From the NCBI GenBank assembly GCA_004022145.1, contig RCNU01000005.1: a DNA stretch of 64,000 bases. One strand, written 5' to 3'. Origin of the DNA: Paecilomyces variotii. Lineage: Eukaryota. Below, in pieces: positions 26,304 through 38,868 of the stretch. The position numbers were made by a program, and so were the translations under genes. Positions within the stretch are counted from its first letter, which is position 1. Each line of letters starts with the position of its first letter. The notes under the pieces are model-generated. The model did not search any database and was not told the origin of the DNA. It saw only the letters and a program-made list of their open reading frames with translations.

Positions 26304-27119
26304 TTAAGTACAATAGAAGAGATATGCTTTGACAAGCTTTCCTTTCTTGACGTCTTCGTCCTGTTTGTGTCAAAATATCAATCAGCAATTATATATAACT
26401 AGCCGGTCGATAGCCTCATAAGGCAAGACACTCACCATATGATGCTTGAAGGAGACGACTATTCCTTCTTCCTCTCTCAGAAAGCTCCTTTGCCTCTCAG
26501 TAATTTGATCTTCATGGTAAGTGTCAGCCCTGTCAAAATCGATCCAGATGACTCGATCAGGGTCAGGGTCATCCTTGACCAAGAGCATATTCCGTGGTTT
26601 GGTATCGCCGTGAAATATCAATGCCTTGTGAATCTCCTTAATCCCTTCAATAAACCTATCTGCCCGCTCAGTGGTATAGTTATGCAGATGGATCATCTCC
26701 ACATTCGGAAGATATTCTAGTAAAATTGCACTAGGAGGATATTCATCCTCTACAAACATATTCAGATGTGGTTGGCAAGGTCTCGGATCAAACTTGTCCA
26801 TGCTACCGTAAAACTGCGGGACAATTCTGCGATCACAGAGCCCGCGCTCCTTTAGTCGCCGATATGCATCGCGCTCGCAGACATTTATATCTAGCTCACG
26901 ATCCGTTACCTCATAAGGCAGTCGTGGACCACGTCCATGATGCTATAAGAAAGGTTACTGGTTAGATTAACTATGAGACTTAGTTAGGGCTGACTACCTA
27001 ACCACTTTCATGACGCATGTCTGATTCCGGATGACGACAAGAAATATCACAGAGAAATCAGAACTGAACAGGTGTTGCTTAAACGTAATCTCAGAAGGCT
27101 TCACATCAGTCAACTCCAT
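26304..27119 (-). CDS. Small protein-kinase-like (PKL) orphan, 3 exons
   Basis: MELTDVKPSEITFKQHL...CVMKV|HHGRGP...E.DAYRRLK..GLC...VPQFYG...AILLEY...HGDTKPRNM...WIDFD...|DEDVKKGKLVKAYLFYCT*. The catalytic K, HGD..N and DFD residues are present. Confidence 0.8.
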
Positions 27120-27468
27120 CTTGTCTAATGATTGGGATAAGATAATAAGGAAATGGGAGCAGTGTAGAAGGTAGGTTAGGTAGTTGTTCCGTTTGTTAAA
27201 GGTTAGTTAGGTAGCTGGAAAGGACGGGAGACGAAGCTCCGGATCATCGTTAATCCGAGCCAGACGGCAACTTTCCCTCTTGGTCTGTCTGGTCGCCCAC
27301 AGATCCCCTAAGTAGATACTTGGAACAAATCACAAAATAATAATATATGTCAGTAAACTCACCAAAGTAGGCCAACGTAAATCAACCGTTGTAACAAGTA
27401 CTTACCTAGTTACTACTACATATTAAATGGATTACTCGATCCCATCGAGTCACCGTCTTGGGTCTATC

Positions 27469-27690
27469 TCGGCCAGCTCCGCACCCGGCGAGCCACGGTG
27501 GAGCTTATCTCTGCGCTAGATATTATTATTCGTATATTCCCCGCGCTGGTCTTGAGGTCTGGCTTTAATTTAGTATTTCTGCTTACTCGACGCGATCGAG
27601 CAACGGAAAATGATAAGCCAGTCGACTATCATCGGTGATAACCATGTTTTTGCCATCGCTTCCCGCACGGCCCAAGGGTATTACTGATAA
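27469..27690 (+). promoter_or_regulatory. Permease promoter with a CGG-N6-CCG site and a cluster of HGATAR sites
   Basis: TCGG-ccagct-CCGC at 27469-27482. GATA sites at 27504, 27611, 27626, 27636 and 27685. Confidence 0.55.
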
Positions 27691-27992
27691 TGATCCCTTG
27701 TCCAAGACCATGGGGAAAGCTACATATATCGTTCTTCCCCCCCGTGGAGGATGTAGAAGTCACAAGATATACTAGTATCCATCCCGCATTCCTGTCTAGT
27801 CTAGAATCTAGACATTGTCTCCGTTCTCCTCCGTCCATCTATCACGACGTCACTGTGATTGCTACGCTCGAGGCGTACAATTCACCGACGCCATAACCAA
27901 AGGACGACAGAGGAACATCCGTACACTCTCGTTTAATTGTTTAATTCCTTCCTGTCGGGATTTCCTGACTGCTGGAAAGCTAGCTGCCCGTC

Positions 27993-29890
27993 ATGGCGCT
28001 CAGGCTGCGAGCCAAAAGATGCATCGACAAGCTGGCAGTGTCGGGCACGGAGCCGGGCCTCACCCAGACCCAGCTCATGTTGATCAATGAGGATTTGAAA
28101 CCAGGTGAGTTTCCTGAAGATGGACCGCATTGCATGTGTCGAGAGCGCCGTGTGCTCATACAGATGGTTGTATCTAGTCGAACCCGAACGGCGCCAATGG
28201 AGTGCATGGAACTATGTCGGATTCTGGATTGCGGACTCTTTCAACATCGTGGGTCCTCCTTGATCGGAGAATGGGTGTGGACATGAACTAAATACCCGCC
28301 AGAATACGTGGATGATCTCCTCCTCAATGATCGTGGGCGGCCTGTCCTGGTGGCAGTCCTGGATCTGTGTCTGGGTGGGCTATTTCATCGCCGCCTGCTT
28401 TATCTGTCTGACAGGAAGGATTGGAGCCACCTACCACATCTCCTTCCCGGTCGTCACAAGAGCGTCTTTCGGCATCTGGGGCTCATTGTGGCCGGTCTTC
28501 AATCGAGCCGCTATGGCCTGCATATGGACGGGAGTCCAGTCATGGATTGGAGGTGAGATAGAATCGCATGCTATCCTACCCTACCTCGAGCACAGCTGAC
28601 AGCTCTGCAGGTGAATGTATCACCCTGATGATCACCGCTATCTGGCCGAGTTACGCACGTCTGCCGAACTCGATGCCCGCAAGCTCCGGTACGACGACGA
28701 AAGACTTTGTCAGTTTCTTCCTTTTCTGGCTGTGCATGCTCCCGGCCATCTGGTTCCCCGTGCACAAGATTCGCCATCTCTTCACGGTGAAGGCATACTT
28801 TACACCTATTGCTGGCATTGCCTTTTTCGCCTGGGCAATTCATCGAGCCAACGGCATCGGTCCCATCGTACATCAACCCAGCTCCGTACATGGAAGTGAC
28901 CTGGCGTGGGGCGTCATCAAAGGCATCATGTCGTCCATCGCCAACTTCGCGACCTTGATCGTCAACGATCCGGATTTCTCCCGCTTCGCCAGAAAACCCA
29001 GGGATGCCCTTTGGTCCCAGCTCTTCACCATTCCAATCGGCTTCGCCATCACATCCTTCATCGGTATCATTGTCTCGTCCTCCGCGACGGTGCTCTTTGA
29101 CGAGGAAATCTGGAACCCACTTGATGTCCTGACGAAATTCCTCGAAGGAGCCAGTTCCGGCGAACGCTTCGGTATCTTCATCATCTCTCTAGGCTTCGCT
29201 CTGGCCCAGCTAGGTACCAACATCGCAGCCAACACTGTGTCCGCTGGTACGGACATGACCGCGCTATTTCCCCGATACATCAACATCCGACGAGGAGGCT
29301 ATGTCTGTGCTGTCATCGCACTTGCCATGTGCCCGTGGAAATTACTCTCCAGCTCGAACCAATTCACCACCTATCTCTCCGCATACTCCGTATTCCTCTC
29401 CTCGATCGCCGGCGTTATCGTCTGCGACTACTACTTTGTGCGCAAAGGATACCTGAACATCAAGGAACTATACAGTGCGCGCAAGCGCAGCCCTTATTTC
29501 TACGTATACGGAGTCTCCTGGCACGGCTACGTGGCTTATATCTCTGGAATCCTCATCAACATTGTCGGTTTCGTCGGTGCTGTCGGCCGTAATGTCCCCG
29601 TTGGAGCTCAATATATCTACAATTTGAATTTCTTCGCAGGGTTCATCGTCTCCTCTGTGGTGTACTACATCCTCACGCGAGTGGTGAGGATTCCTGAGAC
29701 GAGTGAGACGTGGAATGAACTCGATGTCGATGTCGACAACCTCCAGGTCGCATACGGCGAGGAGGTTAGCGTTGGTGAGGCCACCGATGAGGATGTTGTC
29801 ATTCCCGGGGATCAAAAAGTTAATAGTTCGACCTCGAAACTTTCTGGGAAAGACAAAAAGGAACCGCCCGTTCAGGATCTTTTGGTATAG
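27993..29890 (+). CDS. NCS1/Fur family nucleobase permease (allantoin/uracil; FurA/Dal4-like), 4 exons
   Basis: NEDLKP|VEPERRQWSAWNYVGFWIADSFNI|NTW, RASFGIWG, NDPDFSRFA, NIAANTVSAGTD, INIRRG, CPWKLL. Confidence 0.93.
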
Positions 29891-30337
29891 GCATGATAAA
29901 GATATATGTGCTATGGTGTTGGGTCATGAGAACCATGTTGGTGGTTTTATGAATTTCTGTATATACCCCTTTTCGTTTGTATAGGACTTGTATCTCTTCT
30001 TTGGCTAGTGTTCAGCAATGAACGCGCTCATCTTTCGTCACTTGGAATGAAGTATCACTAACTATCCCACTTAAAAGATAACTGATTCCCAAACCATTAT
30101 ACCGAGCCTAACATCGAACGAGGACCTCATTGACCAGATCTCTCTCTGTTAGTTTACTTATGATTAATTATATCCAGCGTCTTGATGTAGTATGAGTCTG
30201 GTATATTGTATATAATTTTAATAGCAATCGCCTGCCTATTCACGAGCCCCTATCTAGTACAGATAGACCACTAGGTCGCCATGAGTCGTATCCTATTTAT
30301 TTCAAGCTGCATATCCAAGCCCGCCTACTTAACCTAA

Positions 30338-32102
30338 TCAGTTCGTCGCAGGACAAAAGTCGTAATTGCCATTAACATTATTCCCCCACCATGTCGGAAA
30401 AGGAACCGACCTCCCACCAGCCCCAAAAACAGCAAAAGACAAAATAAACAACACCGTCAGACTCGCCCCATCAAAAGCGCCCGTGACTAGATACGAATAA
30501 TCCTTGAAGATCCGCGGATGGTAGTTCCGGAGGTAATATTGGACGAAGAATCCAGCTGAAAGCTGGCTCCAGATGACGCAGGTTTGGCTCTGGTTGTAGG
30601 GGATGTAGCCGGCGTATTGGATGAATTGGGGAAAATTGAAATCCTTGAGTGAGAAGTTTCGAATCTTGGGGATGAACTGGGTGTGCGCTCAGAAATCAGT
30701 ATGATATGAGAGGAAGGAGGGAAGGAAGATATCAGGTAAGGAATGGTGGATAGTATTAAGGGGGTCATGTATGTATGTATATAATAACGTACCTGAACAA
30801 CGACACGATGAACAACGACGGCGCCAGCGCCTATGGCAAGTCCAATAGGTACAATCTCATACGGGGTACCTGTCCGATAAAGGTATTTGGAGAGCGCCCA
30901 CGAAGCCGCGTTGGTATTATACGCCTGGATGGTCGCGCCACTCCAGGAAGAGTCACCGTTGCCTTTGATGAGGATTTCGGAATTGCCTGTAACGATGGCG
31001 ATCATTACGGCGTAATTGATGAAAGCGCCTAGTATAGTACCGTAGCATTGAGTGATGAACATGACGCGGGGAGGAATCTTGACTGTATTTGCATTGGATT
31101 GGGGTCAGTATGTATGTACCTTATGTATGTATGTATGTATTAGAGGTCCATGGACAGGATAGGATAGGATAGGACAGTAAACGTACGGTATTCACCCATC
31201 TTCAAGTCATTGCATAGGTTGACTGTGTTGGAAATGGTGTTGTGTGACCAACAAGCAAAGTACATGTTACCGACGGGGCGGCCGGGGAGGATCAGACCTG
31301 CCATTAGTTTTGAGAGGTTATTCGTAGCGATACCATTACCATAACGAGAGTAGAGGATGGCGCTCTTGAGTAGTTGTCAGAAAACTTTCACTCTGTAAGG
31401 AAGGAAAGAAACTTTTGATATATAAGGGAATATAACTTTGGCATAAAGGGGATATTACTCACAAAGGGTGCAAATACTATTCCAACCACTAGCGACACGA
31501 TGTATGCCCAAACGGGAAGGGTAATGTTCTCCTTGATAACGACGACGAGACCGATGACGAAACTGAAAACGAGCACGGAAACGTACCACCACCATGGTGT
31601 TTCCTTGTAATGCTCCGCCATATGTGCATGATGTCGATCTTCATAGGTCGCTTTTTTTGCGTTCTTGTATGCCTTTTTTATGTCCCCGCCCCAAAAGAGG
31701 AAACAGTGGGCGACCATAGCGCCGATCTAGGATATCATTCAGTCAGTGACTGCACGAGTGATTAATTGAGGCATGTTAGGATCTGGTGCTTACGGCAGCA
31801 TTCGCCATGAACATTGCATACGCGAAGGTCCCGCTAAGTTTGGGAATACCGTACTTGGCCAAACCGGACGTATCGAGCACACCACCGGGGAAAATTTCGG
31901 CGCTAGGGTACGTTGTGCCGTTCTTTGATAGAAGTTGCGTCGACATGAATGGGAGAGACTTTGAGCCCCAGGCGTTACCGTAGTAGATGGCGAGCATCAC
32001 AATATAGCAGACGAGGAAGCCTGCCGCAGCATTGGCTTGCAGCTTAAGAGGAAGGGAAGTCTGGTAGGAAGTGATCTGCAGAAGGTTAGTCTCGTTCACG
32101 TA

Positions 32103-32137
<35 letters not shown>

Positions 32138-33253
32138 AATGATAATCTATCTTACATATTGCCAGTCGAAAGAAAAACTGAAGAGCCCTAATCCCTCGTT
32201 GTTGACAGACCCGCCAAAGAGGGTTGTCAGTATAGAAGCAGTGTTACCAGTAGCATGCATTGAGGCTAGGCAGGGAATGGAGATAGAGTTGAGCCATGGC
32301 CAAATATAGGCAGGGAACCACTCGTAGGAGAACATGGCCGCAAAAGCATACCAAAAGTATCGGAGAGGTTTGGAGCCCTTCAGGTTCTGCCAATGAAGAC
32401 CCTGAAGAGTTTTCACCACAGGAAGAGTGCCCCAGTAAACTGCATCGACTTGCCAGACGGCAATGGGACGCATGATACCGGCAAGGCCGTAGCCAAACAA
32501 TCCAATCGAGATGGTACTCAAGACCACGGTGGTCGCAGTTAGGGGTAGGTTATAGAAGAGCTTTTGCGCAGCGAATACAGTGCTAACATCGGCGCCATTG
32601 GAGGCGGATGTTGCAGTAAGAGAGCATACCGCGTGCTCTTTCAGATTCCAAGGCCCGTAGTTGAAAAAGGAGATGATCCTGATCCATAGGGGAGGTCTTC
32701 CCTGACCACCTCGCTCCCTCCATCGGGCCTCATATCGATCACCCCGGGGGAGAAATGCGGCCCATGCTTTTCCGAGAAAATAGGCAATGACCACAATAAA
32801 AGTGCCTTGAATAGTTACATAAGTCGGTTTGAACTGGGCGGTCAGTCAGCCTATGTCGTACACAATGGAGGCGTAGACCGTTGAAGCCCACACATGTTAA
32901 CATGTTTAACTCACGGTGTAGATCTGGGTCATAACAGCCTGAAAACATGACAGCACCGAGGCTAGGAAGAGACTCCGGAAGGTCAACGCAGGCTCGCTGT
33001 CGTCCCGCAGCGGCAGCAGGTATTTGGCGGCATCAGCACCTGTGACGATTGTGGTCTCGTTACCGCCAGTGCCATCGTCATGATAATGTGGGATAGCATT
33101 GATCTCTGTGTCCAGTACGAAGGCATCATCTTTGCTGATTTTTTCCTGGCCAGCAGCGAGGCCATCTTCGTTGACCATTTGATGGCTGGGAGACGAGGAG
33201 ACCGTGCTATCGGCAGAGTCAAGAGCACCCATAGCGATAGCAGAAGCCGGCAT
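30338..33253 (-). CDS. OPT family oligopeptide transporter (PT clade), multi-exon
   Basis: PALTFRSLFL, GPWNLKEHA, YEWFPAYIWPWL, NEGLGLFSFSFDWQY, YKETPWWWY, PGRPVGNMYF, DLKMGEY|.KIPPR, FPTWWGNN. Confidence 0.92.
32104..32135. repeat. (TA)16 microsatellite in an OPT intron
   Basis: Counted directly. Short (ATGT)n and (GGATA)n runs also occur in the intron near 31120-31175. Confidence 0.95.
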
Positions 33254-35292
33254 TTTGCGTGGAAGTGAAGATCAAAGACGTTGCGCACGATCTCGTCGCC
33301 TCGACACCTCAGTAGAGCTTGTCTTATACTCAATGATGGATATAAAACAGTGGATGGTGTAATGCAAATATGGAATTGCTTGTCATCGCATCGCGTCTTT
33401 GGTGGCTACTATTTGCAATGGAGGCCAGGGTTCTGGAACACATAAAGAAGATTCGTTTCAGTTCAGTACTGTAGATAACAGAAATACTACTAGCCATCGG
33501 CGGGCTCCTAGCACGCGCCTCATATTCTGTATGCAGTGTCCAGGTTAACTAAACTCGAAAATGTAACCCTTTTATCCTGTCTTTATAACGGACAGTGACA
33601 CGGTGGCTGGAGTCCAGACAAATTAGTCCCACGGCAGATATGTAGTAGCGCTATGGTTCAACGCCAGCCTAAGATATTGACCTTTTTGTTAGGCTAGCGG
33701 TCGTCAAATGGCATCCAAACCAGCTTATCCTATCGTCCAACACATGTACAACATCACGCATTGGCCCCTCCAAAAAAATAGGAGTGAGGGATAAGGACCT
33801 AATAGGACGCGGGTTAATTGGTGGGGTATCACACTTATAGCACCGTGTTAGCGAGGATGTCCTTATTTTAGTTAGAAATGAGATGATCAAAAGATATCCG
33901 AGCGACGTTGCTAACTTAGCTTCGGATATTTCCGTGCTTCGATCACCTGGTGCACGTTCCATGTGTTTTCCCTCAGGTGAGCATATGGAGTTGGAAAGTA
34001 CAGGTAGTAATGAACTTATCTGTATCAGGCAGTGTTTAGGAATTCTTCTTCATGAACCGATGATTTATGGTCACCAGAGCGTTTCGTCCAGTTAATCGCT
34101 TGAGAAAGGCGCTTTGGGAATCAAAATAATGAAGTAGCATTTGATCTTGGTTTATTTATTTATGTTTTGTTTTCATGAAAATTGCAAAGACCATTTAGAT
34201 TTGGTATACCTGGGAGATAAGCATTTTATGATAAGAGTGGTTAGAATATGACTCGTTGAGGAGTGGTTGTTGGATTTGACAGGAATGTTACTCAGACATT
34301 ATTATAATCAACAGAAGCAAAAATGGCTACCTCGACCATCATGGCAAAGGCATTAAGGAATATGTTAAAGCAGTACACTAGAGCATGTCCGACTTCGATA
34401 ACACTAAAAGGAGAGTCCGGATGGGCAGGAGTAATAGTTTGGATGTAATCCATCGGAGCCCTCATGTTAAGCTTCCAAACGTTGGAGAATCTCAAGAGAC
34501 TAAAGCGGGAAATGGCTAAAAAACAAATAATGCTTACCGACATTTCCCGGTGAGCTCTTCAGGATGCTTAATGTAGGCTGAGAGTCTATCATGTGCAATA
34601 TTTAAGCGTTCACAATAGTTAGTATACGTTCATAAGTGAGCTAAGTTGTGCGCAAGAAGTACCTAGTGACCGACTTAATCTCCAATCATGTAAACCATCG
34701 GTGTCAGACAGAAGAGGAACTCAAAACCTATAGTACATGTGTGCTACATGTATGCTACTTAATAGATAAGGTCCCCAAATCGAGGCTTTCGTCTATCGGC
34801 ACACGGGGTCTTTCGGCTACTGTTCTTATTGACGCCGGCTCCCTTTTCCAAATTCCTGCTCCATCGTGTGTAGATTTCGTCTATCTCCGAGATTTCAGCA
34901 GAATCTACGAGTTCAGGCCTCTGTATTGCAGGGTCCTGCTGATATGAGATCAAGGTGCCTTTCATGCAGCTGTCCATGATCCCGTATTGCAAGGTCTGCC
35001 GAGGGAAGGCGAGAGATAATATAGATAGCCATATACTAGAAAGCCGACGTTTCAATCTCAAGGTGCGGCTGATTGTGAAACTCAGCAGCAGACTCCTGGA
35101 ATGTGATTGAACAACCACGATTCAGTCTTCTTATTAGCCTCAGCCTAGTCATTCCGTGAGAAGTAATACTGCTCTCCTTCTCCTCTCTCATATAAGTCGG
35201 CCTTGTAACCATTGCCATCACAATTGGACAAGACGCCTGAACAATGATGGCCTGGGCTTCAGATTGCTGCGACAGGGTGATGGAGACGCAAG

Positions 35293-35603
35293 GTAATTGT
35301 AGATATTCCCGAGGATGTCCTCCAAGAAGATGGCGAGAATAAATATCGCCCAAGGCAAGCGCAAAGCTTGGAGAGATCCTTCACCTCAAAAGAACTTCAG
35401 CTTTTCGGGACATCAATATTAGAGACAAGCCTCCGGCTAGAGTTTTCCTGTGTCGCAGTGACTATGACGAAGTAATGGCAGATATTGGCCCAGAGATCAC
35501 CGAGGCACCTAAATATGCTACGACTGATGAATAAAATGGTACGCTTTCCCAGCTTATCGAGAGCTTCCGCACTGGTGACTATCAGGCTTTCCGTTCCGCC
35601 CAC
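35293..35603 (+). pseudogene. Decayed fragment of a dipeptidyl-peptidase III (peptidase M49)-like gene
   Basis: RDINIRDKPPARVFLCRSDYDEVMADIGPEITEAPKYATTDE*NGTLSQLIESFRTGDYQAFRSAH resembles the M49 segment RGDH...I...L.EA.KYA....Q...L..Y/LIESF.TG....F..A. In-frame TAA at 35532-35534 and a frameshift near 35405. Confidence 0.65.
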
Positions 35604-36058
35604 GAAAGACTTGAGGAGACCGAACGCACTAAGACTAAGCCTTTGCTTGCTTTTGGTCATGAATCAAATAGGAAAAACTGTTATTTTCCTCTATGAAAAA
35701 CATGATATATACTACTGCAAGGTTCGATTAGTTCTTTGGAGTCGGACCGGACACTGACTCCAGAGACTGTTCAGTTCTTCTTTATCGGATACTTAATAAT
35801 ATGCCACGGCCAAGCCTCATAAGTCTGATTGCGACCCACAATATGTTATCGACAGGGCGCCGGGCAGAGGCGGTTAAAAGAGGATGGCACTGGAACAGTA
35901 TAAATAGATAACTTTTCATTAGTTGTTCTTAGCCCGGTGAACCGTCAACTACAAACCAACAAAGCCAATTCCATCCATTTGACTAAATAGCAAAGGACGG
36001 ATTGTATCACAGCTAGTTATACTCGGACAAGGGAATAGGAAGGAATAATATCTGCACA

Positions 36059-37199
36059 ATGGGAGCACCACCCTCGCCCACGCATCATAACATCGTGATG
36101 CTCCAGACGCAATACTTCCCTTGCCCGCATTTCGATCTTCCCCCGCCATACACCAAGACGGAATTCATTTATAAGGAAACGCCCTTCTCAGAGCTGCACG
36201 CGCGCATCCACGACGCAACTATCATCGTCCTGGCCACCACCCGCCTCGATGCTGTCGCGCTGTCTCCTGAGGTCACGCCGTATTTGAAATTCATTGCGGT
36301 TACGGCATCGGGTACAGACTGCATCGATCTGGAGGCATGTCGGAAGCGAGGCATTGTGGTCAGTAACAGTCCTGGAGTCAACATCGAGGCGGTCTCAGAA
36401 CATGCAATCGGACTGTACTTTGCAGCCAGGCGGAAGATGCTCCAGATGCATAATCTGACGACGAGGGGCGCGTGGGTGGAAAAGGGCACATTGATGTTTG
36501 ACATGTTAAACAAGGATGGCACCGCGCCGTTGACTTGTCAAGAGGAGGTGGCCGGAATTATTGGCTATGGAGTTGTTGGTAAGTCGAATAAGATCGAATA
36601 AGACCTTCTCTCAATGCATCTCCATTGATTAGGAAATATGGTTGCGATTGCATTCTATTGGCCAGTATCGTAAATTGACATATAATACAGGAAAAAGAAT
36701 CGCACAGCTGGCACAGAGCCTAGGGATGAAGGTTTTGATATCCGGCCGCAAAGGTGCTGGGGAAACAGCACTTCCATCCGCACTACAGTCAGAAGAGCGC
36801 ACGCCGTTCGAGGAAATCATCCGGAAGTGCACTGTCATTTTCGTTGTTGTTCCTCGCAACCCTTCAACTATGGACTTGATTTCGACACCAGAGTTTGAGA
36901 GAATGTCGCCGCACGCGGTGCTGGTTAACGTCGCGCGTGGCGGTATCATCAATGAGGAAGCACTGGTAGCAGCGCTTAAGGAAAATTTGATCGCGGGCGC
37001 CGCGACAGACGTCTTTCTCCGAGAGCCAGCTTCTCCAGAGACGTCTCCTCTGTTGCGGGAAGATACGAAGGATTTGAACCTGACTGTCAGTCCTCATATG
37101 GCATGGGTTGCGGAGCGAACACAGCAGAATCTGGTAGATGTGGCTAAGAAGATCGTGGAAGGATGGGTTGCAGGACAACCTTGTAACGTGGTCACATAG
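36059..37199 (+). CDS. D-isomer-specific 2-hydroxyacid dehydrogenase (glycerate dehydrogenase / hydroxypyruvate reductase-like), 1 intron
   Basis: ASGTDCIDLEAC, VSEHAIGL, GIIGYGVVG|KRIA, LVNVARGGIINEEAL, DVFLREP, SPHMAW. Confidence 0.92.
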
Positions 37200-37388
37200 A
37201 CGATTCTTGATTTCATAGGCAGTCTTTTAGATGTGTAATTGAATGTATACAATGGAGCCAATGACCTTAATGTATGATTCAAAATGCTCCTAAATATGGC
37301 ACTTGCTTGCGGAAACGATATATTCTTACCGCGTTATATACCCCAAAAGTCACCATCTAGGCGCTCTGCGGATATCGTATCTGGACGC

Positions 37389-38367
37389 CTACCCTTCCAT
37401 CTTCAGGGGGTTCTGAAACCCCCGGTCCTCCCAGTACTGCATTACTTTCAGATAAAGCTGCCGTTGTTCGTCCCTGGAGGGAATCCTACCAGTGACGCCC
37501 CTATCGGCCCTGGACTTTTCCGTCTCTATAATGCTGGCATTCTCATCATCATCACTGACGAACCGATATGTTCGGAATTCAGTATTTTCCCAAGCGCTCG
37601 CTGTACAAGAATCAGCATCCAGTAGTAGACAGTTGTCATTTACGGAATGAAGGGCAGACCATGTTCGCTATCCCCGACACCCGTCCAATCTTCAGTGAGA
37701 TAGTGGAAGAATCCACCATGGCCGACAACTACGATCTCTTTCTCTGGCCTTGCTCGCAGCCATTGTCTCGCATCTTTTGCTCGCGCGATAAGGGCGCTGG
37801 ATGACGGCGCATATTTACCTTTCTGTGATTTGTACGATCAATATGACGTTCTGTCATAGAGACGAAGTGGTAGTCTATTTGCATAAGAGCCGATAATCTC
37901 ACCTTCACCCACCATCCAGGTTTCAAGAGGCTTAGGTCAACAACAGGTCCAGACGGCCCTAGCTCCACAGAGAATTCTCGCGCAAGCTCTGAGACTTCAG
38001 TCCCTGTGTCACAGGCAATATCACTCGTCTCTTGCAGTTCCGGCAAGGCTACAACTTTCACTCCTCTGGCAATAGCTGGCTTAAAAGCCTCGAGGGCAGT
38101 GTATAACGAACGGCGCAGCGGAGACGAGACGATGAGATCAATGGAAGAGTGGTATGGGAACTGTTCAGACAACATCCGACATTCATCCAACCCAGATTTT
38201 ATCAGGACTGGGTCGCGAATCAAATAAGCGTCACCTCCTTTGTTATGTTCACCCTGTATGTTGGCAGTATAAAGTTAATTGATCGTTACTAGACTCGTAG
38301 GACAATATATCGCAGGTGGGGAGTACCGTACCTGAGCATGGCGTACCAGATGTAAGATTGGAGCCAT
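37389..38367 (-). CDS. Histidine phosphatase / phosphoglycerate mutase-like protein, 4 exons
   Basis: MAPILHLVRHAQ|GEHN, SSPLRRSLYTA, LPELQETSDIACDTG, VVVGHGGFFHYLTED, WENTEFRTY; ends QNPLKMEG*. Confidence 0.88.
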
Positions 38368-38868
38368 GGTAACCCGATTGCACGCTAGATCTTTGCATGT
38401 AATTCTCTTTACTGTGCAGAGTTGGGACCCTGGCACCATGAAACAAGCCGGTCCCCTAAACCTCCAGGGTTTACTGATCTCAGGTTAGTTTCGAGATCTA
38501 CAATCTGCGCAAATGCTCGCGACCGCGGATGGTGCGACGGCTGCTACCCCATCCATGCGTTACATGGAAGGAAAACAACGTAGGTAGATATACCTGCAGT
38601 AATTAAGTCTTTCTTGCGACAGAAATAAGTATTATGGAACTATTTACAAGGCTACCTACATACTCTCTCACATTACCTCGATATGAATGCGCGGGCTGAC
38701 ATCATGCTAACTCAGCTTTATCGCGGATTAGTCATGATAAGACGAACGAATCTCCAAATCCCCTCAAATCGCCTCCATCCACAACTCCATCCCTGGCCAC
38801 AGCTTCGTGGGCGTTTCTACGCCTGATTACTTGTAAAGAGGCCCTTCGTGTCGGACATCGCTGGTAGA

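Noticed and set aside
34292-35290. Further coding-like fragments upstream of the peptidase remnant
   Set aside because: Every frame has stops and resemblance to the M49 N-terminus is weak, so it is not supportable by eye.
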